A stretch of 64,000 nucleotides of DNA from Ruminiclostridium sp. (GCA_017635675.1 JAGBLA010000203.1:20842-84841); one strand, 5' to 3'. Positions 37,660 to 48,529 are shown, counted from the first letter of the stretch. Numbers and translations are program-made. Notes: generated by a model not told the origin, from the sequence alone.

Positions 37660-37890
37660 ATGAAATATCTGCTCTGTTACAGCGAAAGATACGACGACAA
37701 CTCGAACATCAAGGTCGAGAGCGAGACCTTCGACGACTTCACCGACGCGATAGTGCGCTACACTCTGATGTGCGGCGGCATGAACAACGTCGTGCTCGCG
37801 GACGCGGAGAACGGAAAGATAATCAGCCAGCTCGTGCGCGAAAGATGCGACGAGAACACAGGCTGCGTGCCCTATGTTTTCATAAAATAA
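37660..37890 (+). CDS. Hypothetical protein (76 aa)
   Basis: Host-like codon usage; GGGG RBS-like site; TGnTATAAT upstream (TATAAT at about 37604). Confidence 0.65.
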   Translation: MKYLLCYSERYDDNSNIKVESETFDDFTDAIVRYTLMCGGMNNVVLADAENGKIISQLVRERCDENTGCVPYVFIK

Positions 37891-37965
37891 CGGCGATCCC
37901 CCATTGCGGGAAAGCATATAAATGCGACTCGCGGCTGCGAGCGTGTAACTGAGAAAGGAAAAGAC

Positions 37966-38616
37966 ATGGAAACAAACGAAAACAAGATCACCGATCCGAC
38001 CGAGAAGGCGGGTACGGCGGAAGTCGCGCTCAACGGTGCGGCAAACAGGAAGTACATCTCAACGATAGTGGGCGTCGGCGTCATGACCGCGGTAGTCGTG
38101 GTGCTCCAGCTCCTGTCATCGGTCATTCACTTCGGACCGTTCAGCATCACACTGGCGCTTACGGCTATAATCGTAGGCGGCGCGGTGTACGGCATCTGGG
38201 CAGGTGCGTGGCTCGGCTTTGCGATGGCGTTGACGGTGCTGCTTTCCGGCGACGCGGCGGCATTCATGACCATCAACGTGTTCGGAACTATACTCACAGT
38301 CATAGGAAAAAGCACGGCAGCAGGTCTGCTCGCTTCACTCGTTTATAAGCTGCTCGAAAAGAAGAGCCGTTTCGGCGCTGTCATCGCGGCAGGCATTACC
38401 GCTCCGGTAGTGAATACGGGCATCTTCATTGCGGGGACCTTCCTCTTCTTCCTCGATACCATAACGGAATGGGCAGGACAGGTACCTGTAATAGAATACA
38501 TCTTCACCGGACTTATCGGGCTCAACTTCCCCGTGGAGCTCATGGTGAACCTCGCGCTGAGTACTGTCACCGTCACGATAATCGGCATCGTGAAACGGTC
38601 TATGGCAGAGCGCTGA
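37966..38616 (+). CDS. ECF transporter S component (substrate unknown)
   Basis: About 6 TMs; GPFSITL..IIVGGAVYG..AGAWLG; VVNTGIF. Confidence 0.75.
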   Translation: METNENKITDPTEKAGTAEVALNGAANRKYISTIVGVGVMTAVVVVLQLLSSVIHFGPFSITLALTAIIVGGAVYGIWAGAWLGFAMALTVLLSGDAAAFMTINVFGTILTVIGKSTAAGLLASLVYKLLEKKSRFGAVIAAGITAPVVNTGIFIAGTFLFFLDTITEWAGQVPVIEYIFTGLIGLNFPVELMVNLALSTVTVTIIGIVKRSMAER

Positions 38617-38754
38617 GACATGCGCAAAAAAAACGAATATATTGGCTTTGTACCGTTTCGCTGACGTAAACGGACAGAGCCGTGCGACGATGAAGAGAGG
38701 GCTGCTGCGGCATTCCTCTCCTTTGCGCGTTATCGGCTCTTGAAGGATAACCGG

Positions 38755-41700
38755 ATGGAATACTTTCTCAATACCGCGAACCGGCTGGCGGAATACCGCG
38801 CTGCGGCAGCCTCCGTGAGCGGTATGCCCGTCATGGTGACGGGGCTTTCACATATACACAAGGCTCACTTTCTCGCCGCGCTCTCAATGGAGCAGGGGTA
38901 CAGGCTCCCCGTTATCGTGATCTGTGACACCGAGGGTGAGGGCGCAAGGCTGTGCGCGGACATAAACACCATGACAGGCGAGGAGACCGCGTTCAGCTTC
39001 CCCGCAAAGGACATAGTCCTCGGTGACGTTGACGCGGTATCAAGAGAGTACGAGCACCGCCGCATAGGCATACTCTCACGTATGCTCAGCGGAAAAGCGC
39101 CCATAGTCTGCGCGTCTCCGGAGGCGGCTTCGCAGATAACCATACCCCGCAGGATACTGAAAAAACGCACGATACACATAGCTCCTGGAGACAGCATTTC
39201 CCTGCAGGATATATCCGCGGCGCTTGTGGAGGCGGGATATACCCGCTGCGACCAGATAGAGGGAGTTTCTCAGTTCTCGGTGCGCGGCGCTATACTCGAC
39301 ATATACCCCGTGAACTTCGGTATGCCCGTGCGTATAGAGCTGTGGGGCGATGAAGTGGATACGGTCTCGGTGTTCGACATCGACACCCAGCTTCGTATAG
39401 ACAAGATAAACTCGATAGATGTGGCGCCTGCACTGGAAACGTTGTTCCTTGACGGCGCGCAGATATGCGAGAAACTCGAAGCGCTCCTCCCGAAGATACG
39501 CGGCAAGCGCGCCGCGGAAGTCAAGGAGCACGTGCGCGCGGACATCGAGAATGTGCGCGGCGGTGCCTGCTGCGCCAACACCGACAGATACCTGCCCCTG
39601 TGCTATGACGAGGAGGAAACGCTGTTTGACTACGCGCAGAACGTGATAGTCTGCGAAAACACCGCGTGCAGCGAGGCCTTCAGAGCGGCATTCTCACAGT
39701 ACACCGAGGACATAAAGCTGCTGTTCGAGGACGGAGTGCTGTGCAAGGGGCTTGACAGATATATGCTCACCCACAGCGAATACCGCGCCGCCGTTGACAA
39801 GAGCGTGAGCGCATACTTCGACAACTTCATGCGCGGCGGCGACCTGAAACTCGCAAAGCTGCTCAGCGTGTCGGCGGGACAGGTGGCGGCATGGAGCGGA
39901 GAATACAGGACGCTCGTTGACGAGCTGAAAAACTTTCTGAACGAAAATTACAGCGTCATCGTCATGGCAGGGACCGAAAAGGGCGCAAAAGTGCTGGCGG
40001 AAGACCTGCGCAGCGAGGGCATACCCTCTGATTTCTCCTCCGACGCGAAAAAGCTCTACTCCAAGCGCGTTTACATCGTTCCGGGAGTGCTGACATCGGG
40101 ATACAGCTATCCGGAAGCAAGGCTCGCCTGCATCTCCCACACCTCGGTGACGATGCAGAAACGCGAATCCCCTCAGCGAAAGCGCAGCAAGGCAGAGATG
40201 ATAAACTCGCTCAACGATATATCGGTGGGCGACCTCGTGGTGCATGACACCTACGGAATAGGAATGTTCGACGGCGTGCAGAAACTCACGCAGGATCACA
40301 TAAGCAAGGATTACATCAAGATAAAATACGCGGGGACAGACGTGCTTTACGTGCCTGTGACCCAGCTTGACCTTATATCGCGGTATATCGGCTCCGCGGA
40401 GCCTGGAACCGTCAAGCTCTCGAAAATGAACTCCGACACATGGCAGAAGACCAAGACGAGAGCCAAGACTGCCGCGAAGGAAATGGCGGCGGAGTTCATC
40501 GAGCTGTACTCAAAGCGCATGAAATCCAAGGGCTATGCCTTTGACCCCGACGGCCCCGAGCAAACCGAATTTGAGAACCATTTCAGCTACGTCGAGACAG
40601 ACGACCAGATACGCTGCATAAACGACATCAAGCACGATATGGAGCAGTCAAGACCCATGGAGCGCCTGCTGTGCGGGGATGTTGGCTTCGGAAAGACCGA
40701 AGTGGCGCTGCGCGCGGCGTTCAAGTGTATCATGAGCGGCAAGCAGTGCGCTCTTCTCTGCCCCACAACTGTCCTCGCGTGGCAGCACTATCAGACCGTG
40801 CTCAAACGCATGGACGGTTTCGGGCTAAACATTGAGCTGCTTTCACGTTTCCGTACCCACAAGGAGATAAAAGAAACTATCGAAAAGCTCAAACTCGGCT
40901 CGGTAGATATGGTCATAGGCACCCACAGACTGGTGCAGGACGATATCGGTTTCAAGGATCTGGGGCTTGTAATAATCGACGAGGAGCAGCGCTTCGGCGT
41001 CGCACACAAGGACAAATTCAAGCAGATGTTCGCAGGGGTGGATATACTCACCCTTTCCGCGACCCCGATACCGCGCACGCTCAACATGGCGATGTCGGGC
41101 ATACGGGACATGAGCGTCATCGAGACACCTCCGCAGGACAGACAGCCTGTGACCACCTACGTCATCGAGCATAATGACGGCGTTATCGCACAGGCTATAA
41201 ACAAGGAGCTGCGCCGCAACGGTCAAGTCTATTATATCCACAACCGCATAGATTCCATAATGAACTGTGCCGGGAACCTGCACAAGCTCGTCCCGGAGGC
41301 GCGCATCGGCATAGCCCACGGGCGCATGGAGGAGGACGAGCTGCTTGAAGTCTGGCGGCAGCTGCTGGAGCATGAGATAGATGTGCTCGTCTGCACGACG
41401 CTTATAGAAACCGGCGTTGATGTACCGAACTGCAACACGCTTATCATCGAGAACGCGGACTACATGGGGCTCGCACAGCTGCACCAGCTTCGCGGACGCG
41501 TAGGGCGCACCAACCGCCGCGCCTTCGCGTACTTCACGTTCAAGCGCGGCAAGGAGCTTACGGAGATAGCTGCCAAGCGCCTTGACGCGATACGGGAGTT
41601 CACGCGGTTCGGCTCGGGTTTCCGCATAGCCATGCGCGACCTTGAGATACGCGGCGCGGGCTCGATACTCGGTGCGAGCCAGTCGGGTCACATGAGCGCG

Positions 41701-42216
41701 GTAGGCTACGATATGTATTTAAAGCTCCTCGACGAAGCGGTAAAGGAACAGCGCGGCGAGGAGACCGTGAAACAGCCCGAGTGCCTTATCGACATCAAGG
41801 TGGACGCGTATATCCCCGAAACGTACATCTCCAACCAGGCGCAGCGCATAAGCTGCTACAAGCGCATAGCGTCCATACGCACGGAGGACGACGCTTCGGA
41901 CGTTATAGATGAGCTTGCGGACAGATACGGCGATATTCCCGCCCCCGTGGAGGGTCTTATAGATGTGGCGCAGGTGAGAAGCCTTGCGCAGAAGCTCGGC
42001 ATCACCGAGATAATTCAGAACAAGGACAACATAATCTTCTACACCGACGCGCCGGATATGCAGAAGCTCGGAAAGCTCAACGCGGCTATGGACGGGCGGA
42101 TAAGCCTTGACCTTATGGGGCGGGCGAGCTTTAAAATTGCGCCCGAAAAGAACGAAAAGCCGCTTCCGCTGATAAAACGGATAATAACCGTGCTGTCAGC
42201 AGGCGGTAACGCATGA
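38755..42216 (+). CDS. mfd: Transcription-repair coupling factor
   Basis: UvrB-like N-terminus, GDLVVHDTYGIG, GDVGFGKTE, DEEQRFG, SATPIPRT, QLRGRVGR, TRG motif; start could be 38740 (TTG). Confidence 0.97.
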   Translation: MEYFLNTANRLAEYRAAAASVSGMPVMVTGLSHIHKAHFLAALSMEQGYRLPVIVICDTEGEGARLCADINTMTGEETAFSFPAKDIVLGDVDAVSREYEHRRIGILSRMLSGKAPIVCASPEAASQITIPRRILKKRTIHIAPGDSISLQDISAALVEAGYTRCDQIEGVSQFSVRGAILDIYPVNFGMPVRIELWGDEVDTVSVFDIDTQLRIDKINSIDVAPALETLFLDGAQICEKLEALLPKIRGKRAAEVKEHVRADIENVRGGACCANTDRYLPLCYDEEETLFDYAQNVIVCENTACSEAFRAAFSQYTEDIKLLFEDGVLCKGLDRYMLTHSEYRAAVDKSVSAYFDNFMRGGDLKLAKLLSVSAGQVAAWSGEYRTLVDELKNFLNENYSVIVMAGTEKGAKVLAEDLRSEGIPSDFSSDAKKLYSKRVYIVPGVLTSGYSYPEARLACISHTSVTMQKRESPQRKRSKAEMINSLNDISVGDLVVHDTYGIGMFDGVQKLTQDHISKDYIKIKYAGTDVLYVPVTQLDLISRYIGSAEPGTVKLSKMNSDTWQKTKTRAKTAAKEMAAEFIELYSKRMKSKGYAFDPDGPEQTEFENHFSYVETDDQIRCINDIKHDMEQSRPMERLLCGDVGFGKTEVALRAAFKCIMSGKQCALLCPTTVLAWQHYQTVLKRMDGFGLNIELLSRFRTHKEIKETIEKLKLGSVDMVIGTHRLVQDDIGFKDLGLVIIDEEQRFGVAHKDKFKQMFAGVDILTLSATPIPRTLNMAMSGIRDMSVIETPPQDRQPVTTYVIEHNDGVIAQAINKELRRNGQVYYIHNRIDSIMNCAGNLHKLVPEARIGIAHGRMEEDELLEVWRQLLEHEIDVLVCTTLIETGVDVPNCNTLIIENADYMGLAQLHQLRGRVGRTNRRAFAYFTFKRGKELTEIAAKRLDAIREFTRFGSGFRIAMRDLEIRGAGSILGASQSGHMSAVGYDMYLKLLDEAVKEQRGEETVKQPECLIDIKVDAYIPETYISNQAQRISCYKRIASIRTEDDASDVIDELADRYGDIPAPVEGLIDVAQVRSLAQKLGITEIIQNKDNIIFYTDAPDMQKLGKLNAAMDGRISLDLMGRASFKIAPEKNEKPLPLIKRIITVLSAGGNA

Positions 42217-42236
42217 TATGAAAGGAAGAAAAAGCT

Positions 42237-42485
42237 ATGAGCATTTCGGAAAAGCTCGGAAGAGCAGCAAAAGAGATAGGAAACGCCGCAGATGAAGCCA
42301 TCGACCTCGCAAAGGCAAAGTACGAGGAGAAGGTAACTCCCGAAAAGCGCGCTGAAATAAAGGAAAAGGTCGATAAGGGCATGAAGGTCGTGGACGAAAA
42401 GATGACTGTTGCCGCCGATAAGATCGAAAAGGGCATACAGGGTTTCGTTGACGGGTTCAACGGTACAGGCGGAGACAAGAAGTAA
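42237..42485 (+). CDS. Small Lys/Glu-rich amphipathic helical hypothetical protein
   Basis: GAAAGGA RBS; TAATG overlap with pth. Confidence 0.7.
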   Translation: MSISEKLGRAAKEIGNAADEAIDLAKAKYEEKVTPEKRAEIKEKVDKGMKVVDEKMTVAADKIEKGIQGFVDGFNGTGGDKK

Positions 42486-43114
42486 TGTCGGTGTTCGATA
42501 TCTTCAAAAAGCTGGAGGCGGAGCGCGCACCCGCTCCCTCGGGACCGCCGGAGTTCATCGTGTGCGGGCTCGGCAACCCAGGGACGCAGTACGAGAACAC
42601 ACGGCATAACGCAGGTTTCATGGCTTTGGATACGCTTGCGGAGAAGCTTGGGGCAGACGTAAAAAAGCTAAAATTCAAGTCTCTTACCGCGGACGTGAGC
42701 ATAGGCGGCGTGCGCTGTCTGCTGATGAAACCCACCACGTTCATGAACAACAGCGGAGAAGCGGTGACGGAAGCGCTGAGTTTCTACAAGCTGCCGCCGG
42801 AAAAGCTGCTGGTGATGTACGATGACATATCGCTCGATGTCGGGCGGCTGCGCATACGCAAAAAGGGCAGCGACGGCGGTCACAACGGCATCAAGAGCAT
42901 CATATACCTCACAGGCTCGGACACCTTCCCGCGCATAAAAATAGGCGTGGGAGCAAAGCCGCACCCGGACTATGACCTTGCGGCGTGGGTGCTCGGAATG
43001 TTCCCGAAGGAACAGGGTGAGGTGCTCGAAAAGACGTTCGGCAATGCAGCCGCGGCGGCAGAGCTTATAGTCGCGGGCAAGACCGATGAAGCCATGAACA
43101 GGTTCAATTGCTGA
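42485..43114 (+). CDS. pth: Peptidyl-tRNA hydrolase
   Basis: GLGNPG, TRHNAGF, KPTTFMNNSG, GGHNG. Confidence 0.96.
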   Translation: MSVFDIFKKLEAERAPAPSGPPEFIVCGLGNPGTQYENTRHNAGFMALDTLAEKLGADVKKLKFKSLTADVSIGGVRCLLMKPTTFMNNSGEAVTEALSFYKLPPEKLLVMYDDISLDVGRLRIRKKGSDGGHNGIKSIIYLTGSDTFPRIKIGVGAKPHPDYDLAAWVLGMFPKEQGEVLEKTFGNAAAAAELIVAGKTDEAMNRFNC

Positions 43115-43126
43115 GAAGTAGGTAAA

Positions 43127-45349
43127 ATGGGAAAGAATAGAAAAACGTATCGCGCAGCGGAAGCTGTGCCTGAGACAAAGCCGGAAGAGAATGCAGGCAC
43201 AAAGTACGAAATAGACGAGATAATAGATGATATACTGTTGAAAGAGCCGGACAGGCACACGAACAAAGCTGTAACTCTCGGCGATATCATGAACGCGGAG
43301 CAGCTCGACAGCCCGAAGTCCGTGAATAACGGCAGAAACATCAAGGTGCGCTGGGACGAAACCGAAGCTGACGATGAAAACCGCGATGATGATATTATAG
43401 AAGAGGATAAAGAAGCTCCGCTGGTGTTCACTGACATTGGGTCTGATGCCGAAAGGCGCAAAGCAAAGGAAAAAGTCGATACCGCCGCAAAGCGCATGGA
43501 GTGGTCAGCACAGGACGAAAATCCCGAAAAAAAAGATAAACCCCTAAAGGCAAAGAGACAGGCTAAGATAGAATGGTCGGATACCTCTGCGGCTGATACC
43601 GAGCCCGAGCCCAAGCCCGAGCCCAAGCCTGAGCCTAAGCCCGAGCCTAAGCCCGAGCCCAAGCCCGAGCCCAAGCCTGAGCCTAAGCCCGAGCCTAAAC
43701 CCGAGCCTAAACCCAAGCCTAAGCCCAAGCCTAAGCCCGAGCACAAGCCCGAGCCTGAACTGCCGAAGACGCTTGCCGACATCGTGGAAATGACCGAGGA
43801 AGATACCCGCATACGCTCGGAGATATCCGAAAACGTGAAAGCCGCGATAGCGGAGAAAAAAAAGGACAAGCCTGCGGCGGAAACAGCACCGAAAAAAAAG
43901 AAAAGCAAAAAGAACGCGGTGCAGATAAAGCCGATGAAACCCGTACTGAGCATTGCCAACGTCGTTTACAGCGCGATCGCGTTTACGGCTGTTACCGTGC
44001 TGTTTCTTGCTCTGCCGAGAGATGATGTGTCTCTCACCGAGCAGAGGGAGCTTGCAAAAATACCCGAGTTCTCTGTCGAGGGACTTCTCGACGGCAGCTA
44101 CACCAACGGACTGACCGAATACTTCAACGACAATGTGCCGCGGCGCGACGACCTTAAGCGCGTCGGCGCACAGCTCAAAGGGCTGTTCGGCATAAGCTAC
44201 AACGATGCGAAGATAGTGGGGCCTGTGGCTAAGATAACCGAGGAGGAGCCGATAATCCCCGTGCCGGTTACGGAAACGGAGGCAGAGATGACCGCCGCGC
44301 CCGTTACCGAGCCGGACATCACATCGGCGTCAACCGACATACCCGCCGAGACCTCCGCTGAGGAGACAACGACCGCGCCCGCAGAGACCACCGCTCCCCC
44401 TGTCACCACAAAGAACGTCAACGAGATAGCCGAGGGCGTCATAACCAACGGACAAGTCGTTACCAAGCTTTCCGACGGACACTGGTGGGGAATATCGCTT
44501 TACGGCGGCGGCAGCGGCACGAAATACGCGGCGGCTGTGAACCGTTTCAAGAGCGAGCTGGGCGACAGCGTAAATGTATATAGTATGCCTGTGCCGACCT
44601 CGGGCGAGTATTACCTGCCTGACACCTATGCACAGTACAACGCGAGCCATCAGAAGAGTATAGACGCTATAAACTCCCAGCTCGTGAACGTCACTCCCGT
44701 ACCTGCCTCCGCGGCGCTGTGGGAGCACGTGGACGAGGACATATACCTGCGCACCGACCACCACTGGCAGCCTCTCGGCGCGTACTACGCAGCTAAGAGC
44801 TTCGCGGAGACCGCTGGCGTGAAATTTGCCGACATCTCCACAATGGAGCGGGTAGATGTTCCAGGCTACATGGGGACTATGTACAGTTTCACACAGGACG
44901 CGAACCTTCTGAACGACCCCGAGGTGTTCACATATTATAAGCCGTCAAACTCCTACAAGACCTATTATTACAACACCTCCTACGGCTATGATTACAGCCT
45001 TCCGTTCTTCGTCCCCATGCCCGTGAGCGGCTCGTATTCCACATTCATGGGCGGCGACAGCAAGATAGTGCGCATAACCACCGACGCGGGTACGGGCAGA
45101 AAGCTCGTCATATTCAAGGACAGCTACGGAAACGCCGAGATACCGTTCTATTTCGGCTCTTTTGATGAGATATACGTCTGCGACATGAGATACTTCGACC
45201 TCAACGGCGTGGAATTTGTGAAGTTCACCGGCGCCACCGACCTGCTCTTTACCATGTGTACGTTCTCGGCGGTGGGAACAAACGCCAACGGACTTGAAAA
45301 GATACTGAACAATCCTGTTACGGAGATTACCGAAAGTGCGAACTCTTAA
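43127..45349 (+). CDS. DHHW-family (AlgJ/AlgX/DltD-like SGNH) membrane protein with long cytoplasmic N-terminus
   Basis: Single TM near aa 280; EQRELAKIP; Thr-rich linker; YLRTDHHWQPLGAYYA; FKDSYGNA. Confidence 0.82.
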   Translation: MGKNRKTYRAAEAVPETKPEENAGTKYEIDEIIDDILLKEPDRHTNKAVTLGDIMNAEQLDSPKSVNNGRNIKVRWDETEADDENRDDDIIEEDKEAPLVFTDIGSDAERRKAKEKVDTAAKRMEWSAQDENPEKKDKPLKAKRQAKIEWSDTSAADTEPEPKPEPKPEPKPEPKPEPKPEPKPEPKPEPKPEPKPKPKPKPKPEHKPEPELPKTLADIVEMTEEDTRIRSEISENVKAAIAEKKKDKPAAETAPKKKKSKKNAVQIKPMKPVLSIANVVYSAIAFTAVTVLFLALPRDDVSLTEQRELAKIPEFSVEGLLDGSYTNGLTEYFNDNVPRRDDLKRVGAQLKGLFGISYNDAKIVGPVAKITEEEPIIPVPVTETEAEMTAAPVTEPDITSASTDIPAETSAEETTTAPAETTAPPVTTKNVNEIAEGVITNGQVVTKLSDGHWWGISLYGGGSGTKYAAAVNRFKSELGDSVNVYSMPVPTSGEYYLPDTYAQYNASHQKSIDAINSQLVNVTPVPASAALWEHVDEDIYLRTDHHWQPLGAYYAAKSFAETAGVKFADISTMERVDVPGYMGTMYSFTQDANLLNDPEVFTYYKPSNSYKTYYYNTSYGYDYSLPFFVPMPVSGSYSTFMGGDSKIVRITTDAGTGRKLVIFKDSYGNAEIPFYFGSFDEIYVCDMRYFDLNGVEFVKFTGATDLLFTMCTFSAVGTNANGLEKILNNPVTEITESANS
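43600..43760 (+). repeat. 12-bp coding minisatellite (EPKP/KP repeats)
   Basis: About 13 units of GAGCC(C/T)AA(G/A)CC(C/T) encoding (EPKP)n then KPKPKP. Confidence 0.95.
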
Positions 45350-46670
45350 AAAGATGATATTATGCGGGGTGCTGCTGGCAGTGTCGGGCTGCACGGATAT
45401 AAGCACCACTGTAAGACAGAATACCGCTCCCACGGCGGCAAAAGCGAAAACCACCACCGTCACCGCGGCGACCGAAGATACCACCGAGCCGCCGGAGGAC
45501 GATGATGACGATGATATCGAGCTGATACTGCCGGACAGCTTTGTGACTACCGCCGAAAGCGCCCGCAAAACGGAGACTTTCCCGGTGCAGTCCTCCGCCG
45601 AGACCTCTCCCGAGACCGAGCCGCCTGTTACCGCCGCAGCGACTGAAACAACGACCGCCGCAACCACCGCCGCAGCGACTGCGGAAACAACTGTCACCAC
45701 CGCAGCAACAACCACGGCGGCGGCAACTTCCGCGGCACAGACCTCCGCGGCGGCTCACGGTGAGATAAGCTATAACGTCATAGGCGAGAACGGCATACTC
45801 GTGTCGTACCAGGACGGGCATTACCGAGGACTTATGGCGTGCTTCGGCACCTACGGACTGTGCGAACGGTGGGCAGGAGCCGTGAACACCTTCGCCAAAA
45901 AACTGCCCGGGGTCAATGTATATACAATGGCGGCACCGATATCCAGCGAGTTCTACACACCGCAGAAGTTCTGGGACAGCGGTTTCACCGTGAGCCAGTA
46001 CAACAAGTGCGAGCATATCCGCGAATGTCTTGACGGCGTGACATGGGTAGATGCCTACTCGGCGCTGAAATCGCACAAGGACGAGGACATCTACGCCCGC
46101 ACAGACCACCACTGGAACCCCCTCGGCGCTTACTACGCGGCGCAGAAATTCGCGGAGGCCGCGGGAGTGGATTTCCCGGAGCTGGACAAGTACACTCCCG
46201 TATCCCGGAGCGGCTACGTGGGCTCGATGTACACCTACTCAAAGGACTACCACCTGTACAACGACGCGGAGACATTTACCATGTACATCTCCCCGAACGC
46301 CGACAGGATATCCACCACATATTACAATACAGGCTTCGGGGGCGCGTACAGCGGCGACCTGTTCGTTTCGAGGAACGCGGCGTCATTCTACTGCTCGTTC
46401 ATCGGCTCGGACAACAGGATAACGCGGATAGATACCGACGTGAAGAACGGACGGACGCTGGTGGTATTCAAGCAGAGTTTCGGCAATGCGCTTATACCGT
46501 TCCTGACATCGGGATTTGAGCATATATACGTCGGAGATATGCGGTACTTCGACCTTAACGCGGTGCAGTTCTGCAAGGACGTGGGAGCCACCGACCTGCT
46601 GTGTACCGACTGTGTTATGATAGCTGCCGGCAACGGCGGAAAATACCTTGAACTGCTGATAAACAAATAA
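45336..46670 (+). CDS. DHHW-family lipoprotein
   Basis: GTG start overlapping the upstream gene; lipobox AVSGC; Thr/Ala linker; YARTDHHWNPLGAYYA; FKQSFGNA. Confidence 0.82.
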   Translation: MRTLKKMILCGVLLAVSGCTDISTTVRQNTAPTAAKAKTTTVTAATEDTTEPPEDDDDDDIELILPDSFVTTAESARKTETFPVQSSAETSPETEPPVTAAATETTTAATTAAATAETTVTTAATTTAAATSAAQTSAAAHGEISYNVIGENGILVSYQDGHYRGLMACFGTYGLCERWAGAVNTFAKKLPGVNVYTMAAPISSEFYTPQKFWDSGFTVSQYNKCEHIRECLDGVTWVDAYSALKSHKDEDIYARTDHHWNPLGAYYAAQKFAEAAGVDFPELDKYTPVSRSGYVGSMYTYSKDYHLYNDAETFTMYISPNADRISTTYYNTGFGGAYSGDLFVSRNAASFYCSFIGSDNRITRIDTDVKNGRTLVVFKQSFGNALIPFLTSGFEHIYVGDMRYFDLNAVQFCKDVGATDLLCTDCVMIAAGNGGKYLELLINK

Positions 46671-46684
46671 GTGAGGTAACAGAT

Positions 46685-48472
46685 ATGAACGACATTTTCA
46701 CCTACCCGTTTGACGCGGCGGAGATAATGAAAAAGCAGAAAAAGCTGAAACGCGAGCTTCTGGAGGACGGCACAGCCCGTATAAAGAAACGTATCGCGAT
46801 ACTATGCGGCTCCACTGCCGACGCGGTGCGGGACGTGCTGGAGCTTTTCCTGCTTAACTACGGCATCGAGCCCGAGTTCTGGACAAGCGAGTACGGGCGC
46901 TTCCATGATGACGCGCTTTACCCGCCCGAGGAGCTGATAAGCTTCAAGCCCGACATCATCTATATCCACACCACATACCGCAACATCGGCAGTTTCCCGT
47001 CTCTTTCCGACAGTCCCGAGACAGTGATAGCCCTGCTCGACAAGCAGTTCGGGCATTTCCGTGAGATATGGGAGAGCCTTGACAGAAAATTCGGCTGCCC
47101 TGTTATACAGAACAACTTCGAGCAGCCGCCGTTCAGACTTCTCGGCAACAGAGACTTCTCGGATATCCACGGACGGGTGCGTTTCGTGAACGAGCTTAAT
47201 GCCATGCTCGCGGAGTATGCTTCACACAGCAAGACGCTCAATATCTGCGACATAAGCTATGTGGCATCCTGCTGCGGGCTTGACGAGTGGCACGACGGCA
47301 CACAGTGGTATATGTACAAATACGCGTTCCCCATGGGAGCTGTGCCGTATATCGCGGCTAACCTCGCGGCGATAATAAAGGCTATGCTCGGAAAGAACAA
47401 AAAGGTGCTCGCTCTCGACCTTGACAACACGCTATGGGGCGGAGTAGTAGGCGACGACGGTGTCGAGGGCATAAAGATAGGGCGCGACCTTCCGAGCGGT
47501 CAGGTGTATTCGGAATTCCAGGATTATGTGAAACTCCACAAGGATATGGGAGTGCTGCTCACGATATGCTCCAAGAACGACGAGGAGAACGCCTACGACG
47601 GTCTCGGACACCCGGACGCGTCGCTTCACGCGGACGACTTCACGGTGATACAGGCAAACTGGGACAACAAGGACGAGAACATACTGCGGACGGCGGATAT
47701 GCTGAACCTGCTGCCGGACAGCTTTGTTTTCGCCGACGACAATCCTGCTGAGCGCCAGATAGTGCGTGACAGGGTCAAGGGCGCTGCGGTGCCGGAAATG
47801 GACGGCGCTGAGAACTATATCCGTATTCTTGACCGCAACAGGTATTTTGAAGTAGTGGGAGCCCTCACCGAGGACGACTTAAAGCGCAGCGAGATGTACA
47901 AGCAGAACGCTCTGCGCGCAGCTGCGGGGCATGACATAGCGGACTACGGCGAGTACCTTGACAGTCTGGAGATGAAAGCGTATATCAAGCCCTTCGAGCC
48001 GCTTTATATCCCCCGCATAGCCCAGCTCACCAACAAAAGCAACCAGTTCAACGTCACCACCCGCCGCTATACCGAGGGCGAGATAGCCAATATAGCCTTC
48101 GACCCGCATTACATCACGCTTTACGGGCGGCTTGAGGACAAATTCGGCGACAACGGTGTAGTATCGGTGGTCATAGGCAATATACGCGGCACAGAGCTTC
48201 ACATAGACCTCTGGATAATGAGCTGCCGCGTGCTCAAACGCGACATGGAGCTCGCAATGCTGGATGAGCTTGTGAAGGCCGCGAAAAAGCTTGATATAAA
48301 AGCTATAATCGGGCATTACCTGCCTACGCTGAAAAACTCAATGGTTAAAAACCTTTTCGGACGCTTCGGATTTGAAAAGACCTATGAGGACAGCAAGGGC
48401 AACACAGACTGGCGGCTTGAAACGGCGGAATACACTCCCAAGAACACTCATATTGCCGTCATTATGCAGTAA
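46685..48472 (+). CDS. FkbH-like HAD-IIIC protein (glyceryl-ACP loading family)
   Basis: LDLDNTLWGG, CSKND, FADDNPAER, KSNQFN, DKFGDNG, MSCRV (conserved Cys). Confidence 0.88.
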   Translation: MNDIFTYPFDAAEIMKKQKKLKRELLEDGTARIKKRIAILCGSTADAVRDVLELFLLNYGIEPEFWTSEYGRFHDDALYPPEELISFKPDIIYIHTTYRNIGSFPSLSDSPETVIALLDKQFGHFREIWESLDRKFGCPVIQNNFEQPPFRLLGNRDFSDIHGRVRFVNELNAMLAEYASHSKTLNICDISYVASCCGLDEWHDGTQWYMYKYAFPMGAVPYIAANLAAIIKAMLGKNKKVLALDLDNTLWGGVVGDDGVEGIKIGRDLPSGQVYSEFQDYVKLHKDMGVLLTICSKNDEENAYDGLGHPDASLHADDFTVIQANWDNKDENILRTADMLNLLPDSFVFADDNPAERQIVRDRVKGAAVPEMDGAENYIRILDRNRYFEVVGALTEDDLKRSEMYKQNALRAAAGHDIADYGEYLDSLEMKAYIKPFEPLYIPRIAQLTNKSNQFNVTTRRYTEGEIANIAFDPHYITLYGRLEDKFGDNGVVSVVIGNIRGTELHIDLWIMSCRVLKRDMELAMLDELVKAAKKLDIKAIIGHYLPTLKNSMVKNLFGRFGFEKTYEDSKGNTDWRLETAEYTPKNTHIAVIMQ

Positions 48473-48529
48473 AAACAAAAATATAATTAGCACTTTGCAA
48501 CAAATTTACAATAAAAATGAAAAATCTTA

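Noticed and set aside
37891-37965. Vitamin riboswitch upstream of the ECF S component
   Set aside because: Only 75 nt with small hairpins, and no TPP, FMN, THF, preQ1 or cobalamin signature that I can recognise.
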